Positions 38,166 through 43,427 of a stretch of DNA of 43,427 nucleotides are shown piece by piece; position 1 is the first letter of the stretch, and the number at the start of each line of letters is the position of its first letter. Under the pieces are notes generated by a model. It made no database searches, was not told where the DNA came from, and saw only the letters and a program-made list of their open reading frames with translations. Source of the DNA: Ferroacidibacillus organovorans (GTDB lineage Bacteria; Bacillota; Bacilli; Alicyclobacillales; SLC66); the NCBI RefSeq assembly GCF_001642725.1, contig NZ_LSUQ01000021.1, positions 1 to 43,427 of the forward strand, given 5' to 3'. The position numbers and the translations under genes are program-made.

Positions 38166-38186
38166 TATTCTATTTGTTATAGAATA
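38166..38186. promoter_or_regulatory. YtrA-type autoregulatory operator
   Basis: Perfect inverted repeat TATTCTAT-TTGTT-ATAGAATA directly upstream of the gntR RBS. Confidence 0.6.
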
Positions 38187-38204
38187 TATATACATCATAT
38201 AACA

Positions 38205-38230
38205 GAAAAAAGCACCCTATAAAGGGCGCT
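38205..38230 (-). terminator. intrinsic terminator downstream of rhodanese
   Basis: Minus strand AGCGCCCT-TTAT-AGGGTGCT-TTTTT. Confidence 0.7.
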
Positions 38231-38318
38231 ATCCTAAAAATTTTCATCAACGCGAAGCGGAGGTTGACGACACCGCCGCGCGGGCAAATCGATCAAACCT
38301 CTGCGGCGATCATCAGGA

Positions 38319-38630
38319 CTACTCCACGTCGCCAGACCAGCCGAGCATTCCGCCGGACAGGTTTTTCACATGCTGAAACCCATTTTCCAAGAGAATTTCA
38401 CACGCGCGCGTGCTACGTCCGCCACTGCGGCAGATGATCACCGCTTCTTTATCAGCGTCGATCTCCTTAAGACGATCAGGCAATTCCCCCAGGGGGATGT
38501 TGATCGCGCCTGAAATCATTCCTTCTGCGACTTCACCTGGCTCTCGAACATCGATCAGCACCACCTTTTCCCCTGCTTTGAGCCGACGGTCGAGATCAGA
38601 CGACGTCATATTGACAACTTGTGTGCCCAC
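38319..38630 (-). CDS. single-domain rhodanese (sulfurtransferase)
   Basis: LIDVREPGE, ISGAINIPL, CRSGGRS active loop, NLSGGMLGW. GTG start after AGGAGG. Confidence 0.9.
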   Translation of the reverse strand: MGTQVVNMTSSDLDRRLKAGEKVVLIDVREPGEVAEGMISGAINIPLGELPDRLKEIDADKEAVIICRSGGRSTRACEILLENGFQHVKNLSGGMLGWSGDVE

Positions 38631-38739
38631 TACATATCTCCTCCTTGTTGCGCAATCCTGAAGATCCGCTTCTGCTTGCCATGGTACCACGTTCAATCTG
38701 CCAGCGTCATCCAAGAACAACCTCGTTTCAAACTTCCAC

Positions 38740-38791
38740 TTGACGCAAACCGTTCTATGGTAGACAATACTGATTAAACAAGTCGGATAAA
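38740..38791 (+). promoter_or_regulatory. sigma-A promoter with overlapping CymR(Rrf2)-like box
   Basis: TTGACG at 38740 with GACAAT 17 nt later. AATACTGATTAAACAAGTCGGATAAA (38766-38791) resembles the B. subtilis CymR consensus. Confidence 0.5.
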
Positions 38792-38803
38792 GGGGTATTT
38801 AGC

Positions 38804-39241
38804 ATGGTGAATCAAACGATACCGCGCCCGCTGACCCGGGCAAACCAATGGATCATTGTCCTGTCTGTCATCGTCTCCCTACTGCTCGGCGCCACATGGG
38901 CTCTGCTCCTGCCAATGCTCGCTGGAATCTCCGGACTGGTTTTTGGCAAAAACCCGGTCATGTTCGCGGCGAAGGCGCTACTTCGCAAACCGCTCTCCTC
39001 ATACATCCAAGAAGATCGCGCACAGCAACAGTTTAACCAGTGGATCGCCGTTTCACTACTCGCGGCAAGTTTACTCGCGACATGGTTTCACCAACACGTG
39101 CTCGCGCTTATCTTTCAGATCATGGTAGGGCTTGCCGCCGCAGTCGCGATCGCCGGGTTCTGCGTCGGTTGCTTCGTGCGGTTTCAGTGGAAACAGTACC
39201 AGTACCGCCGACGCGCAGGTCAGCTCATCTCGCGCAACTAA
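38804..39241 (+). CDS. DUF4395 family membrane protein
   Basis: IPRPL.RANQW, ED..QQ.FNQ.IA and C-terminal GFCVGCF motif. Confidence 0.82.
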   Translation: MVNQTIPRPLTRANQWIIVLSVIVSLLLGATWALLLPMLAGISGLVFGKNPVMFAAKALLRKPLSSYIQEDRAQQQFNQWIAVSLLAASLLATWFHQHVLALIFQIMVGLAAAVAIAGFCVGCFVRFQWKQYQYRRRAGQLISRN

Positions 39242-39272
39242 ACGCTCATCACACTTAGAGGTGTGCCAAACA

Positions 39273-39311
39273 AACACCGATCGCCCTCGCGCGGTCGGTG
39301 TTACCTTTTTT
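39273..39311 (+). terminator. intrinsic terminator
   Basis: AACACCGATCGC...GCGGTCGGTGTT stem followed by a T tract. Confidence 0.7.
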
Positions 39312-39444
39312 ACCGGAAAATTCCGCTGTATTTCAGGCAGATTTCCCAGATAATCGTCAGGTTCATGAACGATGATTAAATTGGATCGACGTAGATTGAA
39401 AGGTGCGTATAATAGACTTTATTGTTTTTCTAAAGGAGACGACA

Positions 39445-40536
39445 ATCACGGAACTGGAGACTCAACAACAAGATCCGCAGACGACGCAAACAAACACCAA
39501 ACAGGAAGCGTTATCCCGAAATGTCCGCGTGAAGAAAAAACGCCGCTTGCGCAGACTCATCGGCTGGGGCATCGCGACGTTCATTGTCGGCACGATCGTC
39601 GCAACAAACGGTTTTTACAATTTGCGCTACATTCTCGCAGAAGATCTGTATACATCCCAGCACCGCTATCTCGCAAAATACCTGCTTCCGGGTTCAAGTC
39701 TATCTCAGATCGCGTATCAGTTTATGCACCCCGCGCTCGTCAATCTGTTCCCAAGCGGAACATCGCAAGACATAAGCGGCGTGCCTACGGCGAGTCAGAT
39801 TTCCAAAAGCATTCAGGTGCAGACGTTGAATGAGAATGGGTTTACCGCCTATGAGATCACCATTGCCCATCCTTCTTGGCTCCACCTGGTGAAAACCACT
39901 GGAGGACCAGCTGGACGCGGACTCACACTGCGCGAATCGATGAACCTGTATCACGCAATCGCCGGAATCAATGCAGGCGGATTCAACGATCCGGGTGGTG
40001 ACGGCAATGGCGGCACGCCGATCGGCCTGATCATTATTAACGGCAAACTGGTCAGTCCCGCGTCCTATCTTGCCGGAACGAATCAAGTCATGGGGATGTC
40101 AGCTGGCGGTAAGTGGTTTATGGGCGCCTACTCGACATCCTATATGCTTTCGCAACACGTCAAATACGCCATTCAGTTCGGTCCTGAACTGATCGCAAAC
40201 GGAAAAGTGCTGGTCACCGGCACCGACGGATGGGGATACGCGCCGCGCACGGTGATTGGCCAGAAGGCAAACGGTTCGATCGTCTTCTACGTGAACGACG
40301 GTCGCTGGGGCAACGGTTTCTGGGATGTCGGGGCATCCCTTGGTCAAGTTGCCTCGATCATGGCAAGTCAAGGTGTGGTCAATGCGTTCAACCTGGATGG
40401 CGGTGGATCGGCCACGATGATGGTCCATCTTCCAGGTAAGCCGGCGCAGCTCGTCAACACACCAGATACGAACAATCCGCCATACGGTATGCGTTTTTTG
40501 CCGGATGCATTCCTGATCATTCCACCGCGCGCGTAA
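39445..40536 (+). CDS. phosphodiester glycosidase (NAGPA/DUF2233) family membrane-anchored protein
   Basis: Basic region plus TM anchor, AGINAGGF.D, FGPELI.NG, APRTVIGQ, DGR, AFNLDGGGSATM. Start uncertain (ATC 39445, GTG 39403 or GTG 39529). Confidence 0.85.
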   Translation: MTELETQQQDPQTTQTNTKQEALSRNVRVKKKRRLRRLIGWGIATFIVGTIVATNGFYNLRYILAEDLYTSQHRYLAKYLLPGSSLSQIAYQFMHPALVNLFPSGTSQDISGVPTASQISKSIQVQTLNENGFTAYEITIAHPSWLHLVKTTGGPAGRGLTLRESMNLYHAIAGINAGGFNDPGGDGNGGTPIGLIIINGKLVSPASYLAGTNQVMGMSAGGKWFMGAYSTSYMLSQHVKYAIQFGPELIANGKVLVTGTDGWGYAPRTVIGQKANGSIVFYVNDGRWGNGFWDVGASLGQVASIMASQGVVNAFNLDGGGSATMMVHLPGKPAQLVNTPDTNNPPYGMRFLPDAFLIIPPRA

Positions 40537-40544
40537 AAAAGCAG

Positions 40545-40594
40545 TGAGTGCGGAGAGCGGGTGAAAGATAAGATCCGCTCTTCGCACTATTTTC
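40545..40594 (+). terminator. intrinsic terminator
   Basis: AGTGCGGAGAGCGG...CCGCTCTTCGCACT stem followed by ATTTTC. Confidence 0.7.
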
Positions 40595-40721
40595 GTGTCA
40601 TTTTTTGTCGAATATTGCCGAAATCAACCATCTTATGGTAGATTCAATTCAAGCTTCATTTCTTTGAATCCTTTCGACTTTTCGGAAGTAGACGGCTTAT
40701 TTCGCATTAGATGCCACCGGA

Positions 40722-42764
40722 GTGATTTTCATTCTTCAACCTTTCGCGAACGTAGGCTCCCTCCCAACGAGGTGGGGCAATCGCTTTCTTTTGGTTTTTA
40801 TTCCGTCTGCTCTCGCGGCGCTCGCCATACTCGGTTTTAAACCGTCGGCATTTTTTGCGCTTTCTGCACTCGCCTTTCTCTACCTGTCAAGCCGCGTCGC
40901 AATGCGACCGTGTATCGTCTCATTGATCTTCTCTGGCGCCTGTGTCTTCTTGCTCTTTTTGCAACAGGAGATCATTCAAAAACCGTGGCACGGATTCGCC
41001 TTTCTTGCCGTCTACACAGCAGTCTTTGCAATCACCGTTCGTGAAGTCTTCATGCAACGCAGGATGGATCGTCAGCTTAAACAATCGGAACTTCACTATC
41101 GCATGATAGCCGAACACACGTCTGATCTCATCGCGATCTTTTATGAAGACGGGGAACTGTTCTATGCCTCGCCCAGCCATCTCTCACTGCTTGGGTATCA
41201 TCCTGTCGAACAGACGCATAATTTCTCTACAATGATTCATCCAGACGACTTTTCCTTTGTTCGAGATACATTTATACAAATCTATAAAACAGCAGAAGGC
41301 TTTCGCCAATTCGAGTTTCGCATCCGCACGCTCGACGGTACTTATCTCCTTCTTGAAACACACGCGACCGCGCTCGCGACAGACGGCGGTCGCAAGCAAA
41401 TTGTCGCCGTCTCGCGCGATATCACAAAACGCAGGGCTACTGAAAATGAAATGCAGACATTGGCATTTCATGACCCATTGACGCACCTTCCAAACCGTCG
41501 CCGCTTTCGCGATCACGTCCATGAGATGATTGAGCAAACGCAGGCTTCACAGACACTTTCTGCGCTCGTACTGATCGACCTTGATCGATTTAAAACGATC
41601 AACGATTCACTCGGGCACGACTTTGGCGACATGGTTTTAAAACACGTATCTGAGCGCCTGCGCAACGGTGTAAAGTCGAAAGACATGGTTGCACGCATGG
41701 GCGGCGATGAATTCACCGTGCTTTTGACGGAGATGAATTCAACTTCAGATATTGATCTGGTTTGTAAAAGGATCCTTGATGCGATCGCCTCGCCACTCTC
41801 CGTCCGTACTCACGTTCTCTACCTTACGGCAAGTCTTGGCGTCGCTTGGATCGGCAAAGAAGAAAGCGACTTTGATACGCTGATGAAACAGGCTGATATC
41901 GCAATGTATCGCTCAAAACACGTGGGAAGAAACATTGTCACGACGTTTGAGGCGACCCTGCAAGACGAGCAGACGCTTGCACTAGAACACGAACTGCGAG
42001 AAGGACTTTCCAACGGGGAGATCACCGTCTACTACCAGCCGCAAATTGATCTGTCGTCCGGGATCATTGTTGGCGTGGAGGCGTTGGTTCGTTGGCTTCA
42101 CCCCTCGCGCGGGCTACTCCCTCCAGGGGAATTTATCCAACTCGCCGAAGAGTGTGGGCTGATTGTCGAATTGGGTGAGACCGTGCTGCGCATGGCCTGT
42201 CTAGAAATGAAGCGTTGGGAACAACAAGGCATTTCGTACGAGACAGTCTGGGTAAATCTCTCGCCGCGCCAGTTCCAATCGCCTGATCTGCTCTCGTCCA
42301 TTCAAACGATTCTTCGCGAGACGGGACTTCCACCAACATCGCTTGGCCTTGAGATCACTGAGAGTCTTGCTATGAAAAACACAGATCAAATCATGAATAA
42401 ACTCCACCAGCTGCGCGACCTCGGCGTCCGCATTGCAATCGACGACTTTGGGACAGGCTATTCCTCGCTTTCATATCTGCAACAATTCCCCATCAATGTC
42501 ATCAAAGTGGACAAATCATTTACAAAACTCTCGTCGGATGAGCAGAACCCTCGCTTCATTGTGACGGCGATTTTGGCGCTCGCGCGAGAATTAAACCTGC
42601 GCGTCATCGCAGAAGGCATGGAGCACATCGAGCAGATTCACTGGATGCGTCAAGAGGGTTGCGATTATGCGCAAGGCTATGTCGTGGCGCGCCCCATGAC
42701 GCCTGAGCTACTCTCAGAAACTTACCTGGAATTGAGTGACCGCGCTCGTGAACTCGTGCACTGA
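40722..42764 (+). CDS. membrane-bound PAS-GGDEF-EAL diguanylate cyclase/phosphodiesterase
   Basis: N-terminal TM segments, PAS (IHPDD, SRDITKR), HDPLTHLPNR, DLDRFKTINDSLGH, RMGGDEF, EALVRW, IDDFGTGYSSL, AQGY. Confidence 0.93.
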   Translation: MIFILQPFANVGSLPTRWGNRFLLVFIPSALAALAILGFKPSAFFALSALAFLYLSSRVAMRPCIVSLIFSGACVFLLFLQQEIIQKPWHGFAFLAVYTAVFAITVREVFMQRRMDRQLKQSELHYRMIAEHTSDLIAIFYEDGELFYASPSHLSLLGYHPVEQTHNFSTMIHPDDFSFVRDTFIQIYKTAEGFRQFEFRIRTLDGTYLLLETHATALATDGGRKQIVAVSRDITKRRATENEMQTLAFHDPLTHLPNRRRFRDHVHEMIEQTQASQTLSALVLIDLDRFKTINDSLGHDFGDMVLKHVSERLRNGVKSKDMVARMGGDEFTVLLTEMNSTSDIDLVCKRILDAIASPLSVRTHVLYLTASLGVAWIGKEESDFDTLMKQADIAMYRSKHVGRNIVTTFEATLQDEQTLALEHELREGLSNGEITVYYQPQIDLSSGIIVGVEALVRWLHPSRGLLPPGEFIQLAEECGLIVELGETVLRMACLEMKRWEQQGISYETVWVNLSPRQFQSPDLLSSIQTILRETGLPPTSLGLEITESLAMKNTDQIMNKLHQLRDLGVRIAIDDFGTGYSSLSYLQQFPINVIKVDKSFTKLSSDEQNPRFIVTAILALARELNLRVIAEGMEHIEQIHWMRQEGCDYAQGYVVARPMTPELLSETYLELSDRARELVH

Positions 42765-42784
42765 ACTGAAGTCGTACATCAGAC

Positions 42785-42823
42785 GAACCCCACCGCGCAC
42801 CGCGGTGGGGTTCATTTATCTTT
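42785..42823. terminator. terminator between convergent genes
   Basis: GAACCCCACCGCG-CAC-CGCGGTGGGGTTC stem followed by ATTTATCTTT. Confidence 0.8.
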
Positions 42824-42851
42824 AGTCGCGATTCTCTACGATCAACCTGAA

Positions 42852-43427
42852 TCAACGAACGTTTTTCATCCACTCAAGGACATCATCTGCGCGCCGCGGA
42901 ATCGCCATTGACAAAACATCGTGCCCGTCCCCTGTCACGAGCACATCATCTTCCAAACGAATGCCAATATCCCATTCTGCGATGTAGAGACCCGGCTCCA
43001 CCGTAATCACCATACCAGGTTCAAGCAGCGTTCCTTTGCGATCCCCGACATCATGCGTATCGAGTCCTAGAAAATGTCCCACAGAGTGGTAATAATAGGT
43101 GGGGAGTTGCTCAGGCGATGTCATGACGCCGATGCGCATCAGGCCATCTGCCAGGATGGTTTTCGCACACTCATTCAACTCTGTGAAACTGACACCCGGT
43201 TTAATCATCGCAGTCGTCTCTTCGAGCGCCTGGCATACCACATCATACACCTGCCGCTGCCGCTCGCTAAACACACCTGATACGGGAAAGGTGCGGCTGA
43301 TATCTGCGCAATAGTGTTGATAGGCCGCGCCCAAGTCAAAGAGCACCAGTTCCCCCTCCTGAACAACGGCCTGATTCTCAATATAGTGAAGCACCGTTGC
43401 GCGCGCACCGCCTGCGACGATGCTCTC
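42852..43427 (-). CDS. pepP: Xaa-Pro aminopeptidase (M24B), 5'-partial
   Basis: SIVAGG..ATVLHY, DLGA...CADISRT, HSVGHFLGLDTHD, TVEPGLY, GIRLEDD. The frame is open to the window edge. Confidence 0.9.
   Translation of the reverse strand, partial: ESIVAGGARATVLHYIENQAVVQEGELVLFDLGAAYQHYCADISRTFPVSGVFSERQRQVYDVVCQALEETTAMIKPGVSFTELNECAKTILADGLMRIGVMTSPEQLPTYYYHSVGHFLGLDTHDVGDRKGTLLEPGMVITVEPGLYIAEWDIGIRLEDDVLVTGDGHDVLSMAIPRRADDVLEWMKNVR

Noticed and set aside
1..43427. CRISPR array, IS/transposase, integrase, prophage or anti-phage defence genes
   Set aside because: No regularly spaced repeats and no ORF with recognisable motifs of these classes were seen.

Overview
A 43.4-kb bacterial chromosomal segment from a moderately GC-rich Bacillota genome. 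Gene families, RBS style and sigma-A/ECF promoters suggest an Alicyclobacillaceae-like organism (inference). The left ~27 kb is mostly housekeeping: glpK, a GT-C glycosyltransferase, gnd convergent with a zwf-cyclase operon, an orphan bioF behind two uncharacterised envelope genes, an aldo/keto reductase, gabD, RluA plus ABC-F, DMT and MATE transporters, a YheI/YheH-type ABC exporter-Nif3-S9 peptidase operon, a D-2-hydroxyacid dehydrogenase and an SLH surface protein. A selenocysteine tRNA (selC, 27006-27102) follows with its own promoter. It is abutted by integrase-arm-like repeats and a visibly AT-richer, integrase-less islet of ~8.7 kb carrying an MFS, an APH-like kinase with an altered catalytic loop, YdeI, an ATPase-less Opp-type transporter and a CysL-like LysR. 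The right end holds a GntR/YtrA operon, rhodanese/DUF4395 with a CymR-like box, a phosphodiester glycosidase, a PAS-GGDEF-EAL protein and a partial aminopeptidase P. The most interesting leads are: (1) a KynB-like cyclase coupled to zwf that may be a non-orthologous 6-phosphogluconolactonase; (2) a secreted SOD-like/P19-like Met-rich protein plus a 4-TM partner, a possible novel Cu/Fe module; (3) an in-frame TAG in the YheI-like gene; (4) the selC islet; (5) probable ATT/ATC initiation codons in several genes. All family calls come from motif recognition by eye; no database search was run.
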